Shown here one piece after another: positions 1-9,864 of a stretch of 64,000 bases of DNA. Under the pieces are notes generated by a model that saw only the letters and a list, made by a program, of their open reading frames with translations, ran no database searches and was not told the origin of the DNA. A program made the translations under genes and the position numbers. Each line of letters begins with the position of its first letter. The first letter of the stretch is position 1. Origin of the DNA: an uncultured Ponticaulis sp. (GTDB taxonomy: Bacteria > Pseudomonadota > Alphaproteobacteria > Caulobacterales > Hyphomonadaceae); assembly GCA_963678615.1 (NCBI GenBank), contig OY782947.1, positions 2,118,688 through 2,182,687 of the forward strand, given 5' to 3'.

Positions 1-492
1 TGACAAGACGCGTATGATCTCGTCTACTGAGCGCCCAACATTCATCGGATAGTGAATAATCGCCCGGACATAGCCTTCCGGATCAATGAAATAGACAGAC
101 CGCACAGCCGCTGTTGATGACGACTTGTCATGGATCATGCCATAGGCGCGGCTCACCGACATTGAAATGTCTTCGATAACGGGAAAGCTGATACGAACGC
201 CAAACCGGGTTTCAATATCCTTCACCCACGCCAAATGCGCATAAAGACTATCAACCGACAGGCCCAGCAGTTCGCAATTCAGCGCAGCAAACCGGCTCAA
301 CGCTTTTTGAAACGCAATGAATTCAGATGTGCACACCGGCGTAAAATCTGCCGGGTGAGAAAAGAAAACCAGCCATTTGCCGCGATAGTCCGACAAACGA
401 ACCTGACCCAGCGTTGTGCGCGCCTCAAATTCAGGGGCCAGCTCGTCAATGCGAACCAGATTGAATTTAATCAGCGGAACAGAGTCAATCAT
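1..492 (-). CDS. Peroxiredoxin (AhpC/TSA, Prx6-like), runs off the window's left edge
   Basis: Hand-translated, not in the ORF track: MIDSVPLIKFNLVRIDELAPEFEARTTLG...WLVFFSHPADFTPVCTSEF...YFIDPEGYVRAIIHYPMNVGRSVDEIIRVLS. PVCTxE peroxidatic motif; frame open to base 1. Confidence 0.92.
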   Translation of the reverse strand, partial: MIDSVPLIKFNLVRIDELAPEFEARTTLGQVRLSDYRGKWLVFFSHPADFTPVCTSEFIAFQKALSRFAALNCELLGLSVDSLYAHLAWVKDIETRFGVRISFPVIEDISMSVSRAYGMIHDKSSSTAAVRSVYFIDPEGYVRAIIHYPMNVGRSVDEIIRVLS

Positions 493-578
493 ATCGATTT
501 CCTTTCTTGTAATTTACATATTTCTAATATACATATTTGTCAACTGAAGCAGGTTCTAAAATTGAGAGATTGCGACCT

Positions 579-1004
579 ATGGAGAATTTCACCCCCCTTT
601 CAGCGAGTCTGGGCGGCGCGCTGATTGGCTTGTCAGCCGTCCTTTTAATGGCCCTGAATGGCCGGATTGCCGGAATTAGCGGCGTGTTGTCCGGAACGCT
701 GTTTGCAGACTCCGGAGACAAACAATGGCGCTGGTTCTTTGTGATCGGCCTTATCCTTGGCCCGCTCATCTATTGGGCCGTTCGTCAGGAACCGCCTCCC
801 TTCAAGATGGACGCCAGCTGGCCCGTCATTCTGATCGGCGGCGTGCTGGTTGGCTTTGGCACACGACTTGGCTCCGGCTGCACTAGCGGCCATGGCGTTT
901 GCGGTCTGTCCCGACTGTCCATCCGCTCAATGGTCTCAGTCGTCCTCTTCATGGCGGCAGGCATGTTCACCGTCGCACTTTTCAAACATCTGATCGGAGC
1001 CTGA
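579..1004 (+). CDS. YeeE/YedE family sulfur-compound transport membrane protein
   Basis: NGRIAGISG and GTRLGSGCTSGHGVCG motifs with 4 hydrophobic segments. Start moved from 537 to the ATG at 579 (MENFTP). Confidence 0.9.
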   Translation: MENFTPLSASLGGALIGLSAVLLMALNGRIAGISGVLSGTLFADSGDKQWRWFFVIGLILGPLIYWAVRQEPPPFKMDASWPVILIGGVLVGFGTRLGSGCTSGHGVCGLSRLSIRSMVSVVLFMAAGMFTVALFKHLIGA

Positions 1005-1005
1005 T

Positions 1006-1440
1006 ATGGGAAAATCGATTTCTGCTCTCATTGCCGGCCTGGTTTTCGGCCTCGGCCTGTCTGTCGCCGAAATGGTCAATCCAGAAAAAGTGCTCGGCTT
1101 TCTGGACCTGTTCGGAAACTGGGACCCGTCCCTCGCCTTTGTTATGGGCGGCGCACTGATCGTGACCGCCATCGGCTATCGACTGGTCTGGATGCGCTCA
1201 AAGCCTGTCTTTGAAGCCAAATTCCAGGTGCCGGGAAACCGCACCATCGACAAACGCCTGATGATTGGCGCTGTTTTATTCGGGATTGGTTGGGGGCTTG
1301 TCGGCCTGTGCCCTGGTCCGGCGATTGCCAGCCTCACTTTTGGCGGCACACCGGCGCTCGCCTTTAGCGCAGCCATGCTGGCTGGTGTCATGCTATTCGA
1401 AGTGTTCGACCGAGCAACCCGCAAACCAAAAACCACCTGA
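1006..1440 (+). CDS. YeeE/YedE family partner protein (DUF6691-like)
   Basis: M.NP.KVLGFLD..G.WDPSL.FVM and GWGLVGLCPGP motifs; 1 nt after the preceding gene. Confidence 0.9.
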   Translation: MGKSISALIAGLVFGLGLSVAEMVNPEKVLGFLDLFGNWDPSLAFVMGGALIVTAIGYRLVWMRSKPVFEAKFQVPGNRTIDKRLMIGAVLFGIGWGLVGLCPGPAIASLTFGGTPALAFSAAMLAGVMLFEVFDRATRKPKTT

Positions 1441-1470
1441 TCGCCAGCCCAAAACACCGCACTCAAACAA

Positions 1471-1500
1471 AAACCCCCGCAACAGTTGTTGCGGGGGTTT
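1471..1500. terminator. Bidirectional intrinsic terminator
   Basis: aaacccccgcaac-agtt-gttgcgggggttt, a 13-bp stem flanked by A/T runs between convergent genes. Confidence 0.85.
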
Positions 1501-1526
1501 CTTTTACTTCAGCAGAAGTGCCGATC

Positions 1527-3563
1527 TTACATGCCGCAAGGGCCATGCAGATAAGCTTCTATTTCTTTCAGAACTTTCTCTTTGTGCTCAGGCAGCCATT
1601 TGTTGGACTGGTGCCCCATTTGCTCCAGAACAAGAAGCTTGGACTGCGGAGACGCCGCCTTGATCTTATTGTAGAAGTCAACGCTGTGGAACAACGGCAC
1701 GCGAACGTCGTAGTCACCATGGTAGAGAAGGATCGGAATGTTGACCTTGTCTGTGTTCTGCATTGGATCCATGCCCGCAACAGTGTGCCCCTGAACGGTC
1801 CGCTGGATACGGTTCTGGCCCCAGTTGTTTGAAATCTTAGCGAGGTTGGATACACCCGCACCCGCAATTGCACACGCATATGGGCTGTTCGGACGAACAG
1901 ATGCGGCAATCGCAGCGAAGCCACCATAAGAATAGCCATGAATAGCGATCTTATCTGCGTCGACATACCCCTGATCTACCAGCCATGCAGCGCCGTCATC
2001 TTTGTCGTCCTGCATTTTCTGGCCCCACTCGCCGTCACCAGCCATCCAGAGCTTACGGCCCCAGCCGTCGGAACCACGGTATTGCGGCTGCAGAATTGCG
2101 TATCCACGACTTGCAAAATAGCCAGTCCAGCCTGAGCTGTCGAAACCTGCATAGTCACGCGCCCAAGGACCACCGTGCGGATGAATGATCGCACCGCGAA
2201 CCTTGTCACCCTTTTTGTAACCCGGAGGCAGTGTCAGCAGGCCAGGAATTTTCAGTCCATCGCGCGCCGTGTAATAGATAAGCTCCGTTTTGCCGAGGGA
2301 GGAGTCATCCATCCAAGGACGAGACTTACCGATCAGAACAACTGTCTTCTTGTCCAGCAGCAGGAAGTAGGTTGGCGGAAAGTCAGAAGCACTTACCGTA
2401 AACAGAATACGACCGCGGTCGTCAGTCCAGTCATCAAGAGAAACGTGCTTGCCAGGATAAGCGGCGTCGAGACCAGACTGGATTGATGCCATTTCCGGAT
2501 CAAGCCAATAATCTTTGTAGACTTCGGCCTGGTAAGAGAAACCAAGCACACGGCCATAATCTTCGGCACGACGTGACAGGATCAGACCACCAATATTGAA
2601 CTCCGGGTGCTGCAGGAGCGGCTGGTCAGAAAATTTGTCTGTTTCAGAGTTGTAAGAATAAACAGACACTTTATCGGAAAACTTGTCCGTCAACACATAG
2701 TAAACTGGCTGACCTTCAATCTTCGACGCAATGCTGAGCTCATAGCGGTCTTTAATATCACGCGTCAGCGGATCTTCGACCACAAACTCACCAGACGCAT
2801 CCGGAAGTTTGATATACTGCTTCCAATTGCCGTCCTCGAATTCAAGACGGGTTTTTGCAAAGACTTCGCCGGTTTTACCGCTGATCTGGAAACTATCCAC
2901 GTCATCGGCTTTGTAGAGAAACTTCTCTTTGCCGTTCTTCAGATTGTGTCGATAATAACGCGTATTATAGTCTGTATCTGTACGAGACAGAATTATGTCC
3001 GTCTTATCCAGCGGAAGCAAGCTGACCAGATTTGTCTGGCCGTTAAGCTCGAAGCAACGCTCGACCATTTTGTTTGCACCGATTTCAGTCCGGCCAGATG
3101 GGAGGTCATCAATTTTCTTGATGAGCTCATTACCCATATAGACTTTCTGAATGTACTTTTTGGTGGAACCTGTGGTTTTCCCCTCACCACAGCCCATCAA
3201 AGCACCCGTATACGGCTGAACCGTGAACCAAAGAGACTTTTTCTGTTTCAACGCATTCGCGGCGAAGAATTTGGATCGACCGGAAGTTGGCGTCACTGCA
3301 GTTGGGAACAAAGGTTTGGTTGGATCAATGTCCGCATTATTCTTTGGCAGGTCCCAGTAAGCAGCCGCCCGCTGCTCACCCGGCTTGGATGGATCCGATA
3401 CTACAGCAACCAGAATGTCGCCTTCGAGCGACATAGAGACGCTGCTAACGTCCGGAAATTTGGAAAACTGATCATACGGAATCGGCTCAGCTGAAGCAGA
3501 CATAAGTCCGAGTCCGGCAAAAATGCCTGTAAACAGCACCGAGAGGGGCACACGTTTGTTCAT
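1527..3563 (-). CDS. Secreted S9 family (prolyl oligopeptidase/acylaminoacyl) peptidase
   Basis: Signal peptide (MNKRVPLSVLF...ASA), beta-propeller-like N-terminal half, HPHGGPWARD, GYSYGG nucleophile, HGDYDVRV Asp, GH His. Confidence 0.9.
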   Translation of the reverse strand: MNKRVPLSVLFTGIFAGLGLMSASAEPIPYDQFSKFPDVSSVSMSLEGDILVAVVSDPSKPGEQRAAAYWDLPKNNADIDPTKPLFPTAVTPTSGRSKFFAANALKQKKSLWFTVQPYTGALMGCGEGKTTGSTKKYIQKVYMGNELIKKIDDLPSGRTEIGANKMVERCFELNGQTNLVSLLPLDKTDIILSRTDTDYNTRYYRHNLKNGKEKFLYKADDVDSFQISGKTGEVFAKTRLEFEDGNWKQYIKLPDASGEFVVEDPLTRDIKDRYELSIASKIEGQPVYYVLTDKFSDKVSVYSYNSETDKFSDQPLLQHPEFNIGGLILSRRAEDYGRVLGFSYQAEVYKDYWLDPEMASIQSGLDAAYPGKHVSLDDWTDDRGRILFTVSASDFPPTYFLLLDKKTVVLIGKSRPWMDDSSLGKTELIYYTARDGLKIPGLLTLPPGYKKGDKVRGAIIHPHGGPWARDYAGFDSSGWTGYFASRGYAILQPQYRGSDGWGRKLWMAGDGEWGQKMQDDKDDGAAWLVDQGYVDADKIAIHGYSYGGFAAIAASVRPNSPYACAIAGAGVSNLAKISNNWGQNRIQRTVQGHTVAGMDPMQNTDKVNIPILLYHGDYDVRVPLFHSVDFYNKIKAASPQSKLLVLEQMGHQSNKWLPEHKEKVLKEIEAYLHGPCGM

Positions 3564-3866
3564 TGAAAACTACTCCCGAGAATTTTCATTCTCTCTGGAT
3601 GTTACACTATAAGCGGGATGGTCAAGGTATGGCGCGCAAAGAATACTTTGTCACTATCCAAATGCAGGCAAGCCTGTTCCGAAAAGTGACAAAAACGACA
3701 CACTTCTGTTCTCAAACCACCATTGGTCTTACAAAAACGTCATATTTCCTTGCGCGGAGATTTTGACCGTGCATTCTGCTGCGCAAGCCCGGGAGTCGGT
3801 TATTGGGAACCGGTCTCGGCTTGGGGTTTTCCAGTGGGAAACATAACTTCAAAGGGGCCGTTTCAG

Positions 3867-6800
3867 ATGAAACATCTATCTCTGCGTCAGTCGATTTGTT
3901 CGAGTGTTGCTCTCAGCACACTTGTTCTCGCTGGCGGCGCATCATTTGCACAAAACGATGCCGACGCACCAGTCGTCATCGAAGAAAAGAAAACTGAAAA
4001 AGAAGCTCGTCAGGAAAAAGTCGTAATCACCGGCTCTCTTCTGGCACGTGACGAGTTCACTTCTGCTTCTCCAGTTCAGGTTATCACTGCTGAAGTTGCA
4101 ACTCTTGAAGGTCTGGTTGATACAGCTGACCTCCTCCAGGGGTCGTCGCTCGCAGCTGGCGCAACTCAGCTCAACAACACTTTCCAGAACTACGTTACAA
4201 ACGGTGGTGTTGGTACGCAGACTCTCGACCTTCGCGGTTGCGGTGACACACGTACGTTGGTTCTGATCGATGGTAAGCGCCCAGGCCCTGCCGGTACGCG
4301 TGGCTCAGTCTCTGCGTTCGATCTGAACAACATTCCTCAGTCTATCGTTTCCCGTGTGGAAATTCTGAAGGATGGCGCGTCCACGATTTACGGTTCTGAC
4401 GCAGTTTGTGGTGTTGTTAACGTCATCACTCGCGACTCAGTTGACGGTCTTGAACTTAACTTTACCGGCTCCGTTCCAGAGGAGTCCGGTGGCGAGAACT
4501 TCCGCCTGTCTGGTGCTTACGGGTTTGACTGGGGCGACAACGCTAGCTTCACAATCTCCGGTGAGTATCGCAAAAGCGCTGAGCTGAACATTGGTGACCG
4601 GTCTTATCTCGAATGCCCTGTTGACCGTGTAACCGATCCGCTGACCGGCAATCGTATTGACCGCCTGAACTATTCCGCAACAGCAACGGATCCGATGCGG
4701 AGCTGTTCAAACCTCTACCACAACACAGTGCTTGACTACACCGAGGTGCTTGCTGGTATATCTAACCAAATCTATCGTCTGATCCCGACTCCGGACGGCG
4801 TTGAAGCGCCAACTCCTTGGGGGGTCTTCATTCCGGGTTATCGTCCGCGTCCGCTTGCTGGCACAGGATATAATGCTGAAGGTCAGCCTTACTACGAAGA
4901 TATCCTAGACGCACCATTCCTGCGCAGCATCGACTTTGCCCCAGAGCAGGAGAACATCTCCCTCTTTGGTACCGCCGACGTAGAATTTGGCGGCCTGGTC
5001 TGGGATACAGAGATCCTCTACAACCGCCGTACGACCAAAGTTGATGGCTGGCGCCAGTTTGCACCTTTCGTAGGTGACGGGAACAACATCTTTGGGTCGC
5101 CATCTGTTGGTTATGCTTCTGATCCGACCTATTCCAGCGGTGCTGGTACGATAGTTCGTCCGATCCTGACCTTCCAGGATTACAGTGAATTTAAGATCGA
5201 CTACTTTAACGCGTCGACCTCTCTTTCTGGTGGTTATGGTGACATTGACTTCCTGTCTGACTGGTCCTGGAAAGTAGATGGTACATTCTCTCGAAGCAAA
5301 GGTACCTATGGGCTCACCCAGATCCTCCTTTCCAAGTCTGGTGACTGGAACTATCAAGGTGAAGACTGGGATGGAGACGGTACGCCGAACGTGATTACGC
5401 CGCCAACCATTGACTATCTCGATCCGGATGTCCTCAACGGTACACGCCAAGCTGAGCTCCGTGACGCCGTCACAGCATGGGATGAAGGCGAAACCATTTA
5501 CGAGCAGACAATTTTCACCGCAACAACCGCTGGTGAGCTCTTTGATGTGTATGCAGGTCCGGTCGGCCTCGCGCTCGGTCTTGAATATCGCGAATTCTCC
5601 ATTGATGACACGCCAGGCAAGTACACGCTCGAGGGCGATGTCTGGGGCCGTTCTACAGCTGGACCAACCCGCGGTGATAACAAGGTATTAGAGTATTTTG
5701 CTGAGACCAGTATTCCGCTGCTCAAAGGCATGCCATTCGCTGAAGACGTTGAACTATCTGCTTCCTGGCGTGGGTTCGATTATGATCTTGGTGGCTCAGA
5801 TTCGATCTACAAGATCGGCTTGAACTGGCAGATCAACCCGGTCTTCCGCGTCCGCGCAAGTCAGGGCACATCTTACCGTGCACCAGCATTGTTCGAATTG
5901 TTCCTGGAGGATCAAACAGGCTTCGTCGATCAGGGCTTTGACCCATGTGTCGAATGGGGCCAGAGCAACAACCCAAATATCCGTGCGAACTGTGCTGCTG
6001 CAGGTGTGCCGGACAATTATGGTGGGTCTACAGGTACAGCGCTCGCAATTTCCTCTGGTGGCGGCACCGATCTCAAACCGGAAACAGGTGATACCTTCAC
6101 CGCCGGTATCGTGTTCACGCCAACGTTTGCTGACCTGAACATCGCACTCGATTACTACGAGATCGAAATTGACGATCAGATTGCAAGCCTGTCTGCAGGT
6201 CAGGTTGTTGGTGGTTGTTATTCCGCTGAGACTTATCCGAACTACTTCTGCGGTCTGTTTGAGCGTACACCAGGCGGACAGACGGGTGCCTATGGCCTCG
6301 ACAATATCCGCACACCAACTCTGAACGTTGATAGCCAGCAACAGCGTGGTATCGACCTCGAAGTTCGTTACGAGAAAGAGTTCAACTTCGGTATCCTGAC
6401 TGTGGACCTCGGCATGAACTGGGCTCTCGAGCGTTATGTCAACGTCTTTGGTGCAAACGTAGTGTCCGGTATTGATAATAACGACTTCAACGGAACGATC
6501 GGCTACCCAAGCGTTGTTGGTGATGTTCTCATCACATTCGACCGTGGTGACTGGACCTATTCCTGGTTCACCGACTATGTCGGACATCAGGACGACAACC
6601 GTTACTTCAACGCTGATCTGAATGAACCACAGGGCTATTTCAATAGTGTTGGTTACTATGATTCAGCAACCGAAGCTCAGTTCACTCACGGTGCATCTGT
6701 TCGTTGGGAAGGCGACACATGGACCTTCGCTGGTGGTGTTCGCAACATCTTCGACGAGCACCCACCTGCAGTGTCTCCGGACGTTGCAACGACGAGCGCA

Positions 6801-6878
6801 GGTAACGTTCCGCTGTCAGCAACCCAGTACGACATACTCGGTCGCACATTCTTCTTCTCGGTTTCAAAAACTTTCTAA
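3867..6878 (+). CDS. TonB-dependent receptor (about 1003 aa)
   Basis: Signal peptide, EKVVITGS TonB-box region, plug motifs LRGCG...TLVLIDGKR and RVEILKDGASTIYGSDAVCGVVN, C-terminal GRTFFFSVSKTF. Start at ATG 3867 after SD aaagggg. Confidence 0.95.
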   Translation: MKHLSLRQSICSSVALSTLVLAGGASFAQNDADAPVVIEEKKTEKEARQEKVVITGSLLARDEFTSASPVQVITAEVATLEGLVDTADLLQGSSLAAGATQLNNTFQNYVTNGGVGTQTLDLRGCGDTRTLVLIDGKRPGPAGTRGSVSAFDLNNIPQSIVSRVEILKDGASTIYGSDAVCGVVNVITRDSVDGLELNFTGSVPEESGGENFRLSGAYGFDWGDNASFTISGEYRKSAELNIGDRSYLECPVDRVTDPLTGNRIDRLNYSATATDPMRSCSNLYHNTVLDYTEVLAGISNQIYRLIPTPDGVEAPTPWGVFIPGYRPRPLAGTGYNAEGQPYYEDILDAPFLRSIDFAPEQENISLFGTADVEFGGLVWDTEILYNRRTTKVDGWRQFAPFVGDGNNIFGSPSVGYASDPTYSSGAGTIVRPILTFQDYSEFKIDYFNASTSLSGGYGDIDFLSDWSWKVDGTFSRSKGTYGLTQILLSKSGDWNYQGEDWDGDGTPNVITPPTIDYLDPDVLNGTRQAELRDAVTAWDEGETIYEQTIFTATTAGELFDVYAGPVGLALGLEYREFSIDDTPGKYTLEGDVWGRSTAGPTRGDNKVLEYFAETSIPLLKGMPFAEDVELSASWRGFDYDLGGSDSIYKIGLNWQINPVFRVRASQGTSYRAPALFELFLEDQTGFVDQGFDPCVEWGQSNNPNIRANCAAAGVPDNYGGSTGTALAISSGGGTDLKPETGDTFTAGIVFTPTFADLNIALDYYEIEIDDQIASLSAGQVVGGCYSAETYPNYFCGLFERTPGGQTGAYGLDNIRTPTLNVDSQQQRGIDLEVRYEKEFNFGILTVDLGMNWALERYVNVFGANVVSGIDNNDFNGTIGYPSVVGDVLITFDRGDWTYSWFTDYVGHQDDNRYFNADLNEPQGYFNSVGYYDSATEAQFTHGASVRWEGDTWTFAGGVRNIFDEHPPAVSPDVATTSAGNVPLSATQYDILGRTFFFSVSKTF

Positions 6879-6900
6879 TCTGAAAGTTGAACGAACCAGA

Positions 6901-6927
6901 AAGGCCGCCTTCGGGCGGCCTTTTTTT
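6901..6927 (+). terminator. Intrinsic terminator with UUCG loop
   Basis: aaggccgcc-ttcg-ggcggcc followed by T7. Confidence 0.9.
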
Positions 6928-7047
6928 ATGCCTGCCCCAACCTTCGCGGTTTAACACCATGAAGACGCCACAGTTTTTTCTTCAAACCTGACGTAAAGCA
7001 TTGCTTTTTAGCGAAAGACACGCTGGATTGAGCGGGCGGGGGTTTGC

Positions 7048-7695
7048 ATGGATTCAACGACAAATGAAGAACTGATACGAACGTATGATCAGCTAAGTGC
7101 TGACCCGTCGTTTCAGACTTCTCTGCCAGTACCGCCGCCAGACCCCATTCAGCCGGACCTGTCTTTTCTGAACGGAATTTTCGCCGCCATCGGGGCGTTT
7201 TTTGCCTTCATAGGCCCAGCCTTGTTCTGGATACTCGTCGTCGGAGGCATCGCCTTATTGTGCTTTGTCCTGTTCAGCATTGGCCGCGCCATTTATGAGC
7301 GTCGTGACCGACTGAACGCCTTGCTGAAAAAAGACGCCCCCGAAGATGTTCTTTCAACGATGGATGTTCGTCCGGACGAGCATTTTGCAAAGAACCTGCT
7401 TAGTGAGGCTGATAAGCTGGCCAGTGAAGGCCGCTATGGCGAGGCGATCCGCCTCCTCCTGCACTCATCCATCTCGGACATGCAGGAGCGTATTCACAAA
7501 CGCATCGGCGTTTCCCTGACGGCCCGGGAGATCGGCCAGCTCGGCAGCATTCCGGATGACTCCCGCAGCGCCCTGCACCGCATTATCTATACGGTCGAAA
7601 TCAACGTGTTCGGAGAACAGGACGTTTCCAGTGACGACTTTGTAAAAGCCCGTCACGACTACACTGTGTTCGCCTTTAAGGGTGACCGGAAATGA
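7048..7695 (+). CDS. DUF4129-like membrane protein, first gene of MoxR cluster
   Basis: N-terminal TM segments; A..LA..GRY.EAIRLL...SLTAREI pattern; context. Confidence 0.7.
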   Translation: MDSTTNEELIRTYDQLSADPSFQTSLPVPPPDPIQPDLSFLNGIFAAIGAFFAFIGPALFWILVVGGIALLCFVLFSIGRAIYERRDRLNALLKKDAPEDVLSTMDVRPDEHFAKNLLSEADKLASEGRYGEAIRLLLHSSISDMQERIHKRIGVSLTAREIGQLGSIPDDSRSALHRIIYTVEINVFGEQDVSSDDFVKARHDYTVFAFKGDRK

Positions 7696-8918
7696 GCGGG
7701 AACTCGACCGCATCCAATGGTGTTTTTTCCTGGAAAGCCGGACTGATCGTTCTGGTCATCGGCATTTTCAGCTTTTCTGCCTTTATTGTGTTGTCTGCCT
7801 TTGCACCGGACCTTGAAGACAAGGATATGGCTGGCCTGCACGCTTTTTCGAAATCCGCGCTTGGCTATAATTTCTCCGTAAAGCTGCTCGAAAAGACAGG
7901 CTATCAGATCGATATCAGTCAGGATCCAGCTCGCCTGAAAGACAAGACCGGATATGGCATTCTTGTCCTGACACCTGAGGGCAGCCGCGATCTGTCTGAG
8001 ATGGAAGACATCAATTATGATCGCGCAGACCCGGTTCTGATCGTTCTGCCGAAGCGGTGGGGATCTGCTGACCCGAATATACGCAGCCATCAGGCGAGAG
8101 TCGGCGAATTGTCCCTCAATTCTGTCAGCCGTTTGCTGCAACCCGTTGATGACAGCTTTGGTATGCGCCGGGTACATGCGGTCAAGGAAGTCGATACGGC
8201 AATTGGCAGACTGCCCGTGACTTTCAATGATCGCACGCAATTGATCACCAGCGGCCCGATCGACACCATTATCGGAACCGATGAAGGCACCGTGTTTGGA
8301 CAGGTCACCGGACGAAACATTTATATCCTGTCTGACCCGGAACTGATGAACACGCATGGTCTGGCCCATATCGATAATGCCCGCCTGATGTTGATGATGT
8401 TCGAGGCTATCACCGGGAACGACAAATCCTTCCCGATCACTTTTGATACGACGATTAACGGCTTTGAGCGGTCACGAAACCTGTTGCAGCTCTTGTTCAA
8501 GCCACCTCTGCTTGGCGCAACGTTGTTTGCGTTTGCGGCCTCAATTCTGCTCGGCTGGGCGGCCTTTGTCCGGTTTGGCCGGGAGCCCGTGTCCAGACCA
8601 GAGTTTGCGACCGGCCGGGCCTCACTGATTGCCAGCACGGCAGGATTGTTCGAGCAAACCGCCAGAGAACACCTGCTCGCCAAACAATATGCTGACATTG
8701 TCGACCGGCTAACCGTCACAGAGCTTGGGTATCCGGACGATCTGACGCCTCAGCAAGTCCAGGACATTTTAAAAACAATCGAAACATCGCGCCGCGAAAA
8801 AGGCATTCAGGTCTCAGACAGACCCTCTGCCGATAACATTCACACTGCCGGTCAGTTTGTGAATTTCGCACGCGCCTACCACACTTGGAAAAGGGACATG
8901 AGTGATGAACGTAAGTGA
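7692..8918 (+). CDS. DUF4350-like membrane-anchored protein
   Basis: N- and C-terminal TMs, [16 protein letters not shown] motif; overlaps both neighbours in the MoxR cluster. Confidence 0.72.
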   Translation: MSGNSTASNGVFSWKAGLIVLVIGIFSFSAFIVLSAFAPDLEDKDMAGLHAFSKSALGYNFSVKLLEKTGYQIDISQDPARLKDKTGYGILVLTPEGSRDLSEMEDINYDRADPVLIVLPKRWGSADPNIRSHQARVGELSLNSVSRLLQPVDDSFGMRRVHAVKEVDTAIGRLPVTFNDRTQLITSGPIDTIIGTDEGTVFGQVTGRNIYILSDPELMNTHGLAHIDNARLMLMMFEAITGNDKSFPITFDTTINGFERSRNLLQLLFKPPLLGATLFAFAASILLGWAAFVRFGREPVSRPEFATGRASLIASTAGLFEQTAREHLLAKQYADIVDRLTVTELGYPDDLTPQQVQDILKTIETSRREKGIQVSDRPSADNIHTAGQFVNFARAYHTWKRDMSDERK

Positions 8919-9861
8919 ACTCAAGGAACTGGGAGAGAAGCTCAGCGCTGAGATCAGCAAAGGCGTCATCGGACAGGGCGACGCTGTCGATCTGATGCTG
9001 ATCGCACTGTTTTCAAAGGGCCATGTCCTGTTGGAAGGTCCACCGGGAACAGCAAAAACGTTTCTGGCGCAGTGCTTTGCTGCATGTCTGAACCTCGATT
9101 TCGGACGGATCCAGTTCACACCGGACCTCATGCCAGGCGACGTCATCGGCACCAATCTGTTCAATTTTCAGACCAATACATTCTCACTCACCCGTGGCCC
9201 GATCTTTACCGATCTCCTGCTAGCGGATGAGATCAACCGGACCCCGCCGAAAACGCAGGCCTCTCTGCTGGAAGCGATGCAGGAACGCCGGGTCACAATT
9301 GACGGCGAAACCTATGCGCTCGGCGATCACTTCATGGTCGTCGCAACGCAAAACCCGATTGAGCAACAGGGAACCTATCCACTGCCTGAAGCACAGCTCG
9401 ACCGCTTCCTGTTCAAGCATTTGATGAGCTATCCGGCTGAAGCAGACGAGATGAAGATCATCGAAGCTCATGCCCGGGGTGTTGGTATGCCAAAAGTTTC
9501 TGACCTTGGCATTTCAGCGGTTATGACGGGTGAACAGCTTGCCGTCGCCATCAACACCGTGCTCAGCATCACGCTGACGGATGAGGTGATTGCCTATATC
9601 ACCCGCCTTGTCCGCGCGACGCGCGAAACCCCTGCCCTGACTGTGGGTGTCAGCCCGCGTGCAGGCGTCAATCTCGCGATTGCGGCACGCGCACGCGCCG
9701 GGCTGAATGGCCGCGACTATGTGATTCCGGATGACGTGAAAGCTTTGGCATTGCCAGCCATGCGCCACCGCGTTGTCTTGTCGGCCTCAGCAGAGATTGA
9801 AGGCCGTACGGCGGAAGACATTATCGCAGGTATTATCGACCAGACAGAGGCGCCACGCTAA
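8905..9861 (+). CDS. moxR: MoxR family AAA+ ATPase
   Basis: Walker [21 protein letters not shown], Walker [32 protein letters not shown]. Confidence 0.96.
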   Translation: MNVSELKELGEKLSAEISKGVIGQGDAVDLMLIALFSKGHVLLEGPPGTAKTFLAQCFAACLNLDFGRIQFTPDLMPGDVIGTNLFNFQTNTFSLTRGPIFTDLLLADEINRTPPKTQASLLEAMQERRVTIDGETYALGDHFMVVATQNPIEQQGTYPLPEAQLDRFLFKHLMSYPAEADEMKIIEAHARGVGMPKVSDLGISAVMTGEQLAVAINTVLSITLTDEVIAYITRLVRATRETPALTVGVSPRAGVNLAIAARARAGLNGRDYVIPDDVKALALPAMRHRVVLSASAEIEGRTAEDIIAGIIDQTEAPR

Positions 9862-9864
9862 CTC

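Noticed and set aside
2607-3494. 295-aa plus-strand ORF and other long antisense or alternate-frame ORFs (e.g. 5796-6587, 15693-16865, 28813-29718, 45364-45975, 54160-54927, 61496-62617)
   Set aside because: Each fully overlaps a gene with clear family motifs, has no motifs itself and shows the composition typical of codon-bias shadows.
3800-3850. gggaaccggt in the receptor leader suggested a cobalamin riboswitch
   Set aside because: The following AA.CC and GCCCCCGCAACTGT B12-box elements are absent. No such element is seen before cobT or the second receptor either.
3723-3866. N-terminal extensions in the ORF track (receptor 3723, thiolase 15411, hydrolase 50429, yqeY 53178, lipoprotein 57910)
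   Set aside because: Downstream ATGs have SD sequences and signal peptides or family N-termini; the extensions overlap promoters or neighbouring genes.
1527-6878. Lasso-peptide cluster (isopeptidase plus TonB receptor)
   Set aside because: No asparagine-synthetase-like cyclase, B protein or precursor ORF nearby.
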